A stretch of DNA of 64,000 nucleotides from Microthyrium microscopicum (Eukaryota). Shown piece after piece: positions 1 through 11,859 of this stretch. Position numbers and translations under genes: made by a program. The notes below the pieces were generated by a model. It did not search any database. It was not told the DNA's origin and saw nothing but the letters and a program-made list of their open reading frames with translations. The stretch spans positions 1,522,627-1,586,626 of the forward strand of contig MU004230.1 in the NCBI GenBank assembly GCA_010405405.1, written 5' to 3'. Positions within the stretch are counted from its first letter, which is position 1. Each line of letters starts with the position of its first letter.

Positions 1-736
1 TTCCGATATTCTCCACCGGACAATTCATGTAAGTCCACTTCCATGCCCGGTTGAGAAGCCTCTACGGCTACGTACCAGTGCTACTTTGAGCATGAAGTCG
101 AGCCCGTCATATACAGAGTCTAAAATGGATATCAACTAGTACTCACCCCCGAATGGCTATCCGTTACCCTGGTACTGTTCCGCAACGGCTAGAGCCCGAT
201 GCCACCGACTTCAAGTACGGCTCATCAAAGCATCTCCAATGTCAAATCACCGGCCTCGAAACCGCCTATGGCTTTTACTTCATAGCTGCTCAACTGGTAG
301 ACCTCAATATAAAAGAGGACAAAGACAGGATGACGCCGCAGGAACTTGGAAGGAATATATCACTATTATTAGTGTCTGAATGTATTGTCTCGAGTCACTT
401 TTCGCAAATATACTCCTTTTAATTCATAATTCGATTTAAACGACTGAACAACTGCTTCGCTCTTCATTTCAATGCGATTGAATAGCGCTAAAGTTACTGT
501 TGATCCCTAAGAGAGCTCTTTTCCGCAGTATTGACAACTGCCACGACCTTCCTCGTCGCTTTCGGGCTTTATTGGCACGTCTTTTCATGTTCAAGAACAT
601 AGCTCGTCGCAAATTCTCTTTCGCAGTGTCGACACTTGATATTGCCTAGGTCGCCGTTAAGGATTTGCTGGTAGGTCCTCTCAAGGCAAGTTCTTCGAGG
701 ACAAAACAAACTGAGCCATTCTGACGACTACTCCCT

Positions 737-882
737 TCGAACACGATGGCTGCCATTGCACTTCTTAAAGAGCGACTGCTTTAATCCCCATCGTGTTCGA
801 TAATCTGATGCAAGTTCTACGACGTTGATGGGAATTAAAGCAGTCGCTCTTTAAGAAGTGTAATGGCAGCCATCGTATTCGA
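737..882. repeat. 56-bp inverted repeat (737-792 / 827-882) with a 34-bp spacer; hairpin or MITE-like relic
   Basis: Arm 1 TCGAACACGATGGCTGCCATTGCACTTCTTAAAGAGCGACTGCTTTAATCCCCATC matches the reverse complement of arm 2 with 3 transition mismatches. It shares GATGGGAATTAAAGCA with the element at ~2615-2814. Confidence 0.85.
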
Positions 883-991
883 TGGGAATTCCATCCAAAA
901 GGCTCAATTATTATTTTGTTCCTGGAGAGGCAAGATATGTGCCCATTTGAGTGCTCCTTTCCACAGTGTCGACAAAAATTCAACATTTTCA

Positions 992-2427
992 TCACGTTTT
1001 GGGTTTCCTGGCAGATCCTCTCATGGTGACTTCGACTAGGTAGGTACGTATAGAATCGAACTTATTGTTGCAGAATATAGATATCAACTGTACGTCACCA
1101 TGTATACGACTATGATAGTCAAGGCCTTCTTGAGTCTTGCTTATCCAGTGGCATTGATCACGTTTGAAAGGCCTTGTAGTGCAGACCGGAAAATGACTTT
1201 GAGCCCTGAAGATTGTAGTAAAGGAGCGGCCACATCTATTAGGACAGAGAAATGCGCCGAGTCCTGGATGCTGGCGTGTAAAGTGGCGTTGCAGATGCTC
1301 TTGTGAATGCGCATATGCTCTACATAAACGACAAAGAAGGTGCTTGTCTGCCCGGAACTCATGGGACATCGCAATTGGAAGGGAGCGGTTCAATCCTCCA
1401 ACCTCGATTTCTGGCATGTCAAGGGGACGATTGCCCAGAGTAATCTTGCGCTGTCTGCGAAAGTTTTTGGAGCAAGTCTGGAAGCTTCGGAGGAGCACGA
1501 TAATTATGGCTTCGTAAAGTTCGAGCCAGTGTGGCTCGTCGTGGTGGAGATCTACCGCAATGATAGAGAATTGCGGATCAATGCCTGCTTTAGCGAACTC
1601 CTTGTGGCAGTGGAGTGTATCTAAGTGGCTTGGAGAACGTCGTTCTAGCTCTAGATTTGCCTTATGGTCCTCGTCGCGGTCTACTGAATTCCATGTAGAC
1701 CCCGTATAATTGAGGCCGTCGCGTTTTTGCGCAGATCTTCCATGGAGTCCGTAAATGCCTCTGAGTTCCAAGTCATCTGGTGGTGAGTCAAGGTATTCCT
1801 CAAAGTCCTCGTATGTGATAGGCCGGTCAGTTTCCTTTCTAAGGACTTCAATGAAGCAGCCAAGTCCCTCAACAGCCCAATCCGCAAATGTTGCTGCTGG
1901 CAGCGAGCGAAGGAGGGGATCGAAGCGGCGGTGGATTTGTCGTCCAAGTCGATCGTTTTGATCAAGATCCTGGATCCATTAGCAAGAGTTTAACAAAGAG
2001 TAATAGAACCAACCTTTTGCATTCGAGATACAACCTCCAAAACTCGTTCCTTGCATCTCTCTTTTGTCGTATCACCAACAGTTTGCTTTCTGACCGTAAA
2101 CTTGGTCACCCACTTTGTGATTCTCTGGTTCTCGCCATCTATTGAGATTCCAAGCTCTTCATCTGTCGACGGCGCAAATCGCTCTCCGGAGGGCTCCTCA
2201 AGCAAATCCATCCCGCATGGTAGCTGATCAAGGTAGTCGTCCAGATCTTCTTCGTCTAAGCCTGACTCGTAGTCTGAGCCACTGTCTTGCTCCAAACCAT
2301 ACTCATCATAACCGCCCAAGCCAGATGTATTGCTAGGTCCAGCGCCTTCTGCGCTGGAGGTTGCTGCTAGCTTTGAGAGTCTTTTGGCTTCCGTCTCATC
2401 GTCGATAGAAAAGCCGTCGAGATCCAC
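992..2427 (-). CDS. Putative GIY-YIG-like endonuclease with C2H2/C2HC zinc fingers; acidic N-terminus; 3' end probably degenerate
   Basis: Exon 1 (2427-2014) joins exon 2 (1969-992) in frame through a 44-nt intron at 1970-2013 (GTTGGT...GCTAAT...CCAG). Motifs: RGIYG, NYTGST, R-x3-H (RDEDH), LELYEAIII, GLN. Fingers: CRLC...HLQRHFTRQH and CPNRC...HFPVC, followed by degenerate fingers. Confidence 0.6.
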
Positions 2428-2614
2428 ATTGTTGGAATTGTGGTAGGGAGACTGAACTGGCTATAGCCAAGATGATGGAGGAGGCTCTTGAATTGATTGT
2501 TGAGCGGGCCCTTGAATGGATTAAGGAGAGCGATGGGTAGCCAGCTGGATTGGCTCTTGGGTTGGCCGTAATGGAACTCAAAAGCTTCGAACCAGCTGGT
2601 CTATAGTGATGGAG

Positions 2615-2814
2615 CAGTATGTCAACGGCATGGCAAAATGAATGGCATGCCCCCATCAAATCTGATGGCGCCCAGACGCTACGGTCTATTATCGAGTGCT
2701 TTATTTGCCATAAAGGGCGTTCGGGTTAGGAATTTTTATCAGATACGATGGGAATTAAAGCACCTTTTGGTTAGCAGCGCTGGTGGTAGCCATCAGAGTT
2801 GATGGGAGCACGCC
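2615..2814. mobile_element. Truncated MITE-like element (copy A), homologous to 18808-19033
   Basis: Colinear similarity with 18808-19033 over ~200 bp (CAACGGCATGGCAAAATGAATGGC...TTATCGAGTGCT...GGGAATT...AGCACCTT...TGGTGGTAGCCATCAGAGTTGATGGGAG). The outer right TIR is missing. Confidence 0.7.
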
Positions 2815-2829
2815 CTTGACAGAGGAGAT

Positions 2830-3840
2830 TCATGGTAATGCTCTTTTATTTTCCCACCATCTTAATCCATTGATCGCTCGTTCAAACGTCCACATGGTAA
2901 CGGCACTTGTTGGCGCAGCTTTCACCAGCGCTACCGTTAAGCCACGGTACATGCCTCTTACTCCCTCGCGTTTCAATATCATCTTGATTGTACCCGACAC
3001 GCCAGTATACTCTGGAATATTGCGGTTCACATATAGCCCACGACTCGGACCTTGCACTTGCAACCGCTTGCGCACAGTATCGAGTGGATAGACTGCGGTC
3101 TTTGCTAGGACACTAGCCAGCACGCCCGCCAGTCCATCGCCCGAGCCCAAAGCCATCAAGGGCAACGACGTATTGGCCACAATGGGCTTGAATGTTTCGT
3201 ACGCGGTAAAGAATAATCCCATGTATGGAATGATTTGTACATTGGCGGCGCCGAGTCCGCGGAAGAAACCACGACGACCTTCGGTTTCTGCGATCTGGCG
3301 GATACCGCTAAGTAGGGAGGGATAGACTTTCTCAGTGCCTTGCGCAGCGAAACGTGTACGAAGTAGATCAAGCGGGTATGTGGCAGTTGTCGATATGGTG
3401 CCGGCCGTGGCTCCAGCAATGAACGAACATGCTGTCGGAGAAGGATGGAAAGGGAGGCTTGGTGATTCGAGTACTTCGTTTATGGTACGGTACGTGAGGA
3501 ATTGGAGGGCGCCATATGTGAGATATAGGCCTTCGGCAGGAATATTGCCTTTCCAGAATGCCTATCACAGTCAATTCTAGTTGCACTAGAGGCGAAGCTC
3601 TTCACGAACAGTTATGCCTTCTTCGCGTAGTATCTGGGTGACGGTGCGATAAATGCCGGAGTATGCTCCCGCACGACCATTTGGACGATTCAATGGATCG
3701 CTCAAAGAGTGGATTTGAAGCTGTAGACGGATCTTCAGTACGTCTAGGGGAGATATCACGAAGCGGCTTATTAAACCAGCAAAAGCGCCCGCGATCACGA
3801 CTTGGACACGCGAGCCTTCATCTTTCAAGCGCTGGACCAT
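2830..3840 (-). CDS. TPC1: Mitochondrial thiamine pyrophosphate carrier (SLC25 family)
   Basis: Three PX[DE]XX[KR] carrier motifs ([32 protein letters not shown]). The N-terminus [15 protein letters not shown]...QIHSLSDP resembles ascomycete Tpc1. One 48-nt intron at 3562-3609 (GTTCGT...TAG) restores the frame. Confidence 0.88.
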
Positions 3841-4098
3841 CCGCCTTGATGGGACGTCTGCAGAAGAGGTGCTAGACTAAAGCATGTGTAAACAAACAGT
3901 ACAATGGTTGATAAAATAGACGATTCGATGATTGAAGATTAGAGTTTTGGGATAACGGTTGGACAATGATTTGTTTTGGAAAATGCACGGTGACGTCTAG
4001 ACACGGCTAAAACCGGCATGTAGTCGCTTGGGCCAATGATATCCGTACGGAGTAGAGCAAGGATGGTGTGTGTTGGTCGTGGCTTCCTCTCGCAAAGG

Positions 4099-4161
4099 AT
4101 TTGTAGGATGCAGGATTTAATGCGATCTGCACGGACCACTTGTGCTAAAATACTACTCCTC
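4099..4161 (+). repeat. Left terminal inverted repeat of the RIP-mutated transposon
   Basis: ATTTGTAGGATGCAGGATTTAATGCGATCTGCACGGACCACTTGTGCTAAAATACTACTCCTC is the reverse complement of 11797-11859 at 61 of 63 positions. Confidence 0.92.
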
Positions 4162-4425
4162 AACCTACACCGCTATTTAGATATTTACATATAATTCCTA
4201 ACTATTCCTTTACCTATATAAATTACGTCTCTATCGTATCAAAATTAATTTCTTATACTTAATCTCTATTATAATCTCTAAAAAAAATACTTCTAAAAGG
4301 TACTTATAGTTAGCCTAAATAGGATTATGTAAATACTACTATTACTAATCTTAGGGCAAATTAACTACTAGTACTTATCCTAAATCCTTATAGTAAAAAG
4401 AAAGCTAATACTATTATAACTATAA

Positions 4426-6180
4426 TATTAGTAAAAGGTAGACTACTATTAGAATTTATACTAAGATATTCTAGATATAAGTCTATATAGTCTTAATAAG
4501 TACTAGTGCCTTATAATATACTAATAAAGATATATAACCCTAGTACTAATATATTTACTATTAGACGTACTATTAATAACTAAGAAGTAGATAATATAGT
4601 TTAACTACATTAAATAAGTACTAGTATTAAGAAGCTAAGCAAGCTAGTAAGTAGAGAGAAGAAAGCTATAACTGTTCCTACTAGTATTAAGGACGTAGTT
4701 AATAATAATAATAACGTTAACTAAGATAATAATATTAATAAAGATATAGGATTTATAGTTATAAAGAAAAGTTTACTAAATAGGGCACTATTATTAGTAA
4801 AGGCTATAAAGGAGGAGTAAGCTTAATATACTTAAGAATTAGTAAAGATTTAAGAACAACTTTAAGTTACTACTATAATAGTAATAATAGTAATAGTAAA
4901 TAATATTACTACTATACTTATACTAGTAGTTATAAAGAATATAGTATTAACTAAGAATAAAGCCGCTAGAACTACTTAAGATATAGTTACTAGCCTAGAG
5001 GATAATAAAGTTAAAAAGAATAAAATTAAGTAGCTAAGTAAAAATAAGCTAGCTAAAGATAAAAGTAACACTATTATTAGTAATATAGACGATAATCTAT
5101 TCTATTATAGTAATAACCTTCTAGTATATAAGGTTAGTATTAAAATAAGAATATTTACTTAAAGTAGTTTAGTATTCTTTAAGAAGATAATACTACTAGT
5201 AGAGAGAAAGGACTTTTATATTAACGTCCTTAAAGATAAGCTTTATAATATAAATAAACGTACTAAGGACTACTAATATACTATTTTAGCTATTAATATT
5301 AATTAGAAGTCTTTCTATAAACGTTATATTAAAACCTATAGCTATATAGAAGTAATTATATACGCCTAATAGAATCTATAGATTAAAGCTATAGATTACT
5401 ATTTTTAGAGTAATCTTAAGAGTAGTAACCTTTATATAGTTACTATTATTACTAAATTTAATCTAACTAATATTAAGAATATTATTACTTTAGCCCTAAA
5501 GCTTCTACTAGAGGGTCTAGAAGTATATATAGATTTACTAACTTACTATTTAAATACTATTACTAATTAATATAAGAATTATAGGCCTATTTATACTATA
5601 AAGGGATCTACTAAGGAGTAGATATTTAGAAAGTAGTTATATAATATTAACTATCCTAACTAGGGTAAACTATACTAAAAGGATCCTAAAACTAATACTT
5701 ATTATAATATTACTAGTACTTAATATTAGTAATAAGCTTTTATAATAAGTATAAGTAAGACTATAGAAGCTAATACTCCTTTATATCTAATTACTTTCTA
5801 GATAAGAACTTAGAGCATAGTTAGTATTAAGCTTACTTCTAGGGGTACCTAGTTAACTATTCGTAATACCTTAAGTAATATATCTTAGGCTTAGTAAGAA
5901 TTATAAGAATCCTTAGAGACTTAGTAACTCTAAGACTAGTAAAATAGGATTACTACTTAAGTTAATTATTAGGCTAAATAAGCTTAGGCTACTTAGAATA
6001 CTACTAAACTTTATAAAGTAGCGTTAGACTAGTAAATAGACTATATAAAGCATAATTGCTAAGAGGATAATTAATAAGAATAAGATACTACTACTTATTA
6101 AATAGAGAGAAAAGAAGCTAAAAAAGAGGTTAGAGAATTATAGTAAGAATAGTACTATAAGCTATAAAGAATAATATTAG
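4426..6180 (+). pseudogene. RIP-mutated cargo ORF of the transposon (~580 codons), with a possible Cys/His motif near 5634-5780
   Basis: One reading frame stays protein-like across ~1.7 kb. The stops read are TAA/TAG, explicable as RIP products of CAA/CAG/TGG. Reverting G>A changes gives roughly W-L-C-x3-C-PN-x4-C-W-KDP-x4-H. Boundaries are approximate. Confidence 0.5.
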
Positions 6181-6199
6181 TATCTTAAATACGTTCTAT

Positions 6200-9100
6200 T
6201 ATACTTTCTTTTATTTAACTTCTAATTTAACTTCCTCTAATATAGTAATAATTTTAATTGCCTTATACTATACTAAATACTAGGCTCTAGTAGATATTCT
6301 AATCTTATCTTCTATTACTAGCCTTATATTATAGTTAACTTCTATTCTCTTTCCTTAGTTATAAATATTATATTATTATTTAGTATAATACTAACTTAGA
6401 ATTATATAGTTATAAACTTTCTACCTCCTTTTATTTCTTAACTATTATTAAATATAGATTATATTTTTTTTTTTCTTTTTATAGTTACGTTAGCTACCTT
6501 AGCTCCTTCTTCTCTATAATTCTTATTTTAAAGTAGTAGACTACTAAGTTATTTATTTATAGGTAGCGCTAATAAATAACCTACTAGCTTAATTAATTCT
6601 AGATATACTAATATTAAGCTTACTAATAAGTTTTTCTAGTAGAAGATTTATATTAAGAAGGTCTATACTACTAGTTAGAAGAGGTACTACTATATAATTA
6701 GGTCTTATAAGTAGATATTAATAGATATATAAGATAGTATAGTATAAATAATAGAGATTATAAAGCTATACGTAAAATATAACGTACCTAAGTAAATTAT
6801 TAAGTTATTTAATTTATTAATTTCTTAGTATTATATATAGATTAAAGAATAGCGTCTTAGCTATAAAACGATCTATATTTATAATAACTTAGAAACCTAT
6901 AGGCTAGCATAAAAATATAGTTAAGTAAGTAGTATAGAAGTCTAAATTATTACTAATATATTATTATATTTAAATTTAATAGGTATAGATTCTTTTTTAT
7001 ATAAAAACGATAAAAGAGATTATAGATTTATATCTATAATTTTTAGATCTTATTTCTACGCGTTAGTAAAAAAAGTTATACTTTATATTAGAGATTTTTA
7101 AATCTTTTTAATTACTACTACTATTCTTTAACTATAATAAATATTACCTTTTTATTTTTTATTAGTACTTTAGATAGTAGTTTTTAATTAGCTTACCTTT
7201 ATAGTAATTAAAAATATTTAGTTTTAATAGAATAGTAGCTTAGTAATATTTATAATAAAAAATTATGCTAATCTTTACCTCTTTATAAATTCTTATAGTA
7301 ATAAGAATTACTCTTAGAATCTAGTAATTATCTAAACTTACTTTAAAAATGCGTATATACTAATATTACTAGATTTATCTCTATTTACTAATATCTTAAC
7401 GTATTTAAATACTACTACTATTAATATCTATTTATAGCTAGATATAACCTATCTACTCTTCCTTATACTATTAGTATTTATCTACTTTACTATTATATAA
7501 GTAAATCTCTCTATTAATAGTTCTATTATAATATAACTCTATTTCTTACTATTAGTAGTTTAATAATCTCTATACTAATACTTATTTATAAACTAACTTA
7601 GCTCCTTTATAATCTCTTTTTCCTAATACCTAAGTATTTATAGGTCTAACTATAGTATATTAAGTATTTATTAAATACTTTCTTAATGCTAAGTAGTATC
7701 TAGTTTGTTTTTATAATATTATTAGTAACTTCTTTACTTCTCTCTTAATACTAAGGTAATAGCCTAATTAGTATTAGATATTAGTACTTTATTACTACTA
7801 ATCTAAATACTTCCTTAGTATCTAGTATAAGTATAAACTATTTATAAATAAAATCTTCTTAACGTAGTAAGTTTAGTACTAGAGGAGTATAAAATATATT
7901 TATTACTTACTATTCTTTAATTCTTCTTTATTTTCTTTATTTAATACTAAACTTTAGTACTATTAATAGCTAATATTATTACTTTATTACTAGTATTAGT
8001 ATAGGTTTGCTAATTTTATATAATACTACTAAAACTTAGGTTAATCTACTCTTAGTATATATTCTTATTCTATTTACTTTTTCTTTAGATTAACTTACTC
8101 TTTAGTATATATTTCTATTTTATCTACTTCTTCTTTAGGTTAACTTACCCTTTAGTATATATTCCTATTCTATCTACTTCTTCTTTAGATTAACTCTCTC
8201 TCCTAGCTCTATTAGTTTGCTATTTTAAAGAAATACTATAAAAGGTTAAGCTCTACTAGTTTACTATTCTAAAGGAATATTATAAAAGGTTAGGCTTTAT
8301 TAGCTTACTATTCTAAAAGGAATACTAAAAGAGCTAGGACTCTACTATTATTAAATTACTACTATTTAAAAGTAGTAAGAAGATTCCTAAAACTTTCTCT
8401 TTACTAGTGCGCGCCTTTACTATATTAAAAAATACTATCTTTTATATAGGACTCTAATATCTATACCTTTACTCCTATATTTTCTTTATATTATAAAAGT
8501 ATATAGAAATAAAGGTCTTAGCTTATTAACCTTAATAATATTATTAAGGGAGTTAGAATTCTATACCTTTTAGCTCTTTTATCTTTAATAAAGTATTAAA
8601 GGCTATAAGGACTTTATCTCTTTTAGTATTCTATTTCTATATTGTCTCTACGAATTATAAGTTAAGCTATTCTTTAGTATGTATTTCTTTAATATTATTA
8701 AAGCTATTAAAACTTTATAGTATTATATTAAAGAAATACTAAAAGAACTTAGGCTATATTAGCTAATAGTTTTTATTTATACCTACTATATATATATATA
8801 AAAAAGAACTATTAATTAGTATAGAATAGTTATATAATATTACTTTTATTAGTAACTATCTTTAATACTACCTAAGTTTATATTATTATTATAACTAGCA
8901 TTATTACCTTATCTTTTATATATACTTTTAATATAAGCTTTCTTATTTATCGTTTCTCTTTACTAATTATTAACTAGATTATAGTTTACTTAAATTATTA
9001 TCTTACTACTTAATCCTTAACTTAGTAATAGGCTTTAGCCTTAGGTAGTTATATCCTTTACTAGTTATATTTTATAGTAATTTACTTCCTTATTAATAGT

Positions 9101-10200
9101 TAAGTAGCACTATAAAGATTTATAAAGTATTATTAACTTTTTCTTCTCTCTATTTCTTTTATAAACTACTTTATATAATTAAATCTTCTATATCTAAGCA
9201 CTTTATATATTCTAAGTACTTTATATACTTTATACCTTTATTAAACCTTACTAAATTATTTCCTCTTACTAATTCTTATTATAATAGTTTAGTTATTAAT
9301 TAATACTCTACTTATAGGCTTTTTAGCTTTTAAAGCCTATTATAAGTAGGTAACCTATAATATAATCCTTAGCTTTAAAGATTAAGGCTTTATTCTTAAT
9401 ATTTCTAGACTACTAAAAGGTAGTATTTAACTTCCTAAGTCTTATATAAAAGGCCTTATATTTAGTACTATATATATAGTATAAACTAGTAGACTAATTA
9501 TTATTACTATTAATATTACTAATCTAATTATTAACTATATAATTAAATAGATTATAATTAATACTAATATAAGTTTATACTCTTAATTTACTATTCTTAG
9601 CTAATAAATATAGGATTTATAAGTTCTACGTTTAATTAACTATAAACCTTATTTAAGTTACCTTAGTAGTTACTATATACCTAGTAAATATAGCGTTAAT
9701 TTATATCTTATTACTTTAAACGAAAGTAATATCTTTTTTAGTAAGTACTTTTTAAATAAAAACTCTATTATTAGTCCTAGTATCTAATAATTCTCTTTTA
9801 AGGCTACTATCCTCTATAGTTAAGGCAACTTAAACTATAAATATATAAGTCTTAATAGATAGTATAATATTTACTAAAACCTCTACTACTCTATTCTTTA
9901 GCGTTATATTTAGTAATAGTAAAATCTTTATAAATATATTAGTTATCCTAACTTCTAGGGTAGTATATACTTAAACTATATTTTATATAGTAATATTTTA
10001 ACCTATAATAAGTATATATAGAATAATAATATATCTATTTAACTAAACCCTCCTATAGTATAAAAACTAAGTAAAATAATCTTTTCTACTACTAAAAATA
10101 ACCTCTTAGGCCTACTATAGTTCTAAAAGTATTAAATAGATACTAAAGGGTTAATATTATAGATTTTAAAGTCGTATAGATTCTTATTATTATTTTAATA
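6200..10200 (-). pseudogene. RIP-mutated, apparently intron-containing cargo ORF(s) of unknown function
   Basis: Purine-rich minus strand with protein-like frames and residual intron signals (e.g. ACTAACGCGTAG near 7056-7067). No recognisable domain. Confidence 0.35.
8041..8340. repeat. Two adjacent tandem arrays inside the transposon: ~3 x 50 bp (8041-8195) and ~3 x 44 bp (8206-8340)
   Basis: TTAGTATATATT recurs at 8052, 8102 and 8152. GCTYTAYTAGYTTRCTATTYTAAA recurs at 8206, 8250 and 8294. Confidence 0.8.
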
Positions 10201-10399
10201 GTTTTTATTTATATAATTATATTCTTATAATAGAATTTAATATTAGAATAGTTAGAATAAGAATAAACTAAAAATTAAGGTCTAGATAATATAATAGCTT
10301 ATTTTTAATTTATATTATAATAATAAGATACTTAATATATTATTTTTAATACTAACTCTAACTTAAATACTAGTAATATAAGATATACTAAATTTTAAT

Positions 10400-11510
10400 A
10401 TCCTAACTTTAATATTCCTTTTAATCTATAGTACCTAATATCTAAATCTAATTCTTCTTATACTATTATATAAAATTATAAAATCTATATACTTCTATAC
10501 CTTTATAATATATACTATTAGCTATATACTAAAATTATTCTTTAGTAAAGTGATTATATCTACTTACTTTAATAGTATACTTTAAAAGTTTACTAAAGTT
10601 AGTAAACTTACTATGGTCTACTATCTAATTCCTCTTTATCTAAGCCTTTAATATACTAAACGTAAGCTTAATAGGATTAAAATTAGGTAAATATAGTAGT
10701 AGATATTAAATAATATAATTAGTATCTTCTAATAACTCTTTAATACTTAAATTTATATAAATTGAAACGTTATTAAGGACTATAACTAATATTTAACTAT
10801 CTTGCCTAATAAAGTACTTTAGTATTATAAGTATAAGTTTAGTCTTAATTTATTTATAAAACTATTCCTTATTCTAGTATCCTAATTTAAAACTAATATA
10901 AGAAAGATATCCTTCTAGCATTATAGTAGTAATAATAGACTAAGTTTTTCTTTAAGTTAAGCTTTAGATATATTATAATAGTTCTCTAATTAGACTATAT
11001 ATCTTATTACGCTATTTAGTTTTTTTATTAAAAATAGATTTATTAAGGAATACTAGTTTATTTAATTTAAATTAGCTTATAAACTAGTAATATAATTAGT
11101 ATAATTAATTATTTTAAGTATATAATATTTAGATAAGCTTTTTATAAGTCTACTTATGCTATACTAGTATATAAGATATTATAGATTATAAGATATTCTT
11201 CTTAATCTCTTACTATAACTTAGTAATACCTTATTCCTTACTATAATATCTAGCTAAAGCTTAGTATTTACTAAAGTAGAGACTCCTTATCTTTAGTAGT
11301 AAGTTACTAAGGGTCGCTATAGGGTAGAAATTATAAAGGGCATATAGATCTATACTTATTAAGATTAGATTATAATTTATTAACTATTCTATAAGAATAT
11401 TCTATAGACTTAGTAATAGCTAAAGTAGTCTATTCTAAGCTACTATATTACTCTAACTTATCATACTATATCTTAGTTAGAGAGCGTCCTTTAGACTAAT
11501 ACTTTATTAT
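10400..11510 (-). pseudogene. Tc1/IS630-type DDE transposase (DD34E), RIP-inactivated
   Basis: One frame reads LVFLNKSIFNKKTK*R (restores to LVFLDESIFNEKTGWR; D1 codon 11044-11042), VIVLNNVSIY (VIVLDNVSIH; D2 10774-10772) and YLLLYLPNFNPIKLTFSILKA*IKR (YLPPYSPDFNPIELTFSVLKAWIKR; E 10669-10667). Exactly 34 residues lie between D2 and E. Ends are approximate. Confidence 0.88.
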
Positions 11511-11796
11511 TTATTATTTCCTAGTAGCTAATATTAATTAATATATATATTAACTAGGTCTTAAAGGAGATATTAGCTTAGAATTACCTATAATTAGATT
11601 AGAAGCTACTTAATCTAATTTAGGATTAGATATAGATAGGCTTATTATAATATCTATATAGATAAATCTAGGAAAATTGCTACGCTAGGAGTAATAAAAT
11701 ATATAAAAATATATAATTTATATACGATAGAGTAATTAAAATGCGTAGATAGAACGAGGTAAGATAATATATAGAATTAGCTAAATATTAAGTGTA

Positions 11797-11859
11797 GAGG
11801 AGCAGTATTTTAGTACAAGTGGTCCGTGCAGATCGCATTAAATCCTGCATCCTACAAAT
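11797..11859 (-). repeat. Right terminal inverted repeat of the RIP-mutated transposon
   Basis: GAGGAGCAGTATTTTAGTACAAGTGGTCCGTGCAGATCGCATTAAATCCTGCATCCTACAAAT, the inverse of 4099-4161. Confidence 0.92.

Larger units (their letters stand above)
4099..11859. mobile_element. ~7.75-kb RIP-inactivated Tc1/IS630-like (DD34E) DNA transposon with terminal inverted repeats and cargo ORFs
   Basis: Abrupt AT/TpA-rich block bounded by 63-bp inverted repeats (4099-4161 / 11797-11859, 2 transition mismatches). Weaker similarity extends to ~140 bp (CTCTATCGTAT at 4229-4239 vs 11722-11732). TA dinucleotides at 4104-4105 and 11853-11854. Contains a transposase relic. Confidence 0.9.

Noticed and set aside
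153..422. 89-aa ORF at the window start
   Set aside because: No recognisable motif, and upstream context is missing; it cannot be supported as a gene.
1681..1965. 94-aa ORF as a separate gene, or as evidence of a frameshift in the GIY-YIG-like gene
   Set aside because: A 44-nt intron (1970-2013) links the upstream exon directly to the 992-1771 frame; this ORF is an alternative-frame shadow.
8041..8340. Repeats as a CRISPR array
   Set aside because: Head-to-tail units with no unique spacers, in a eukaryotic context with no cas genes.
4170..11790. AT-rich block as a centromere, mitochondrial insertion or foreign DNA
   Set aside because: The TpA excess, bounding TIRs and a transposase frame restorable by transition reversions identify it as a RIP-mutated nuclear transposon.
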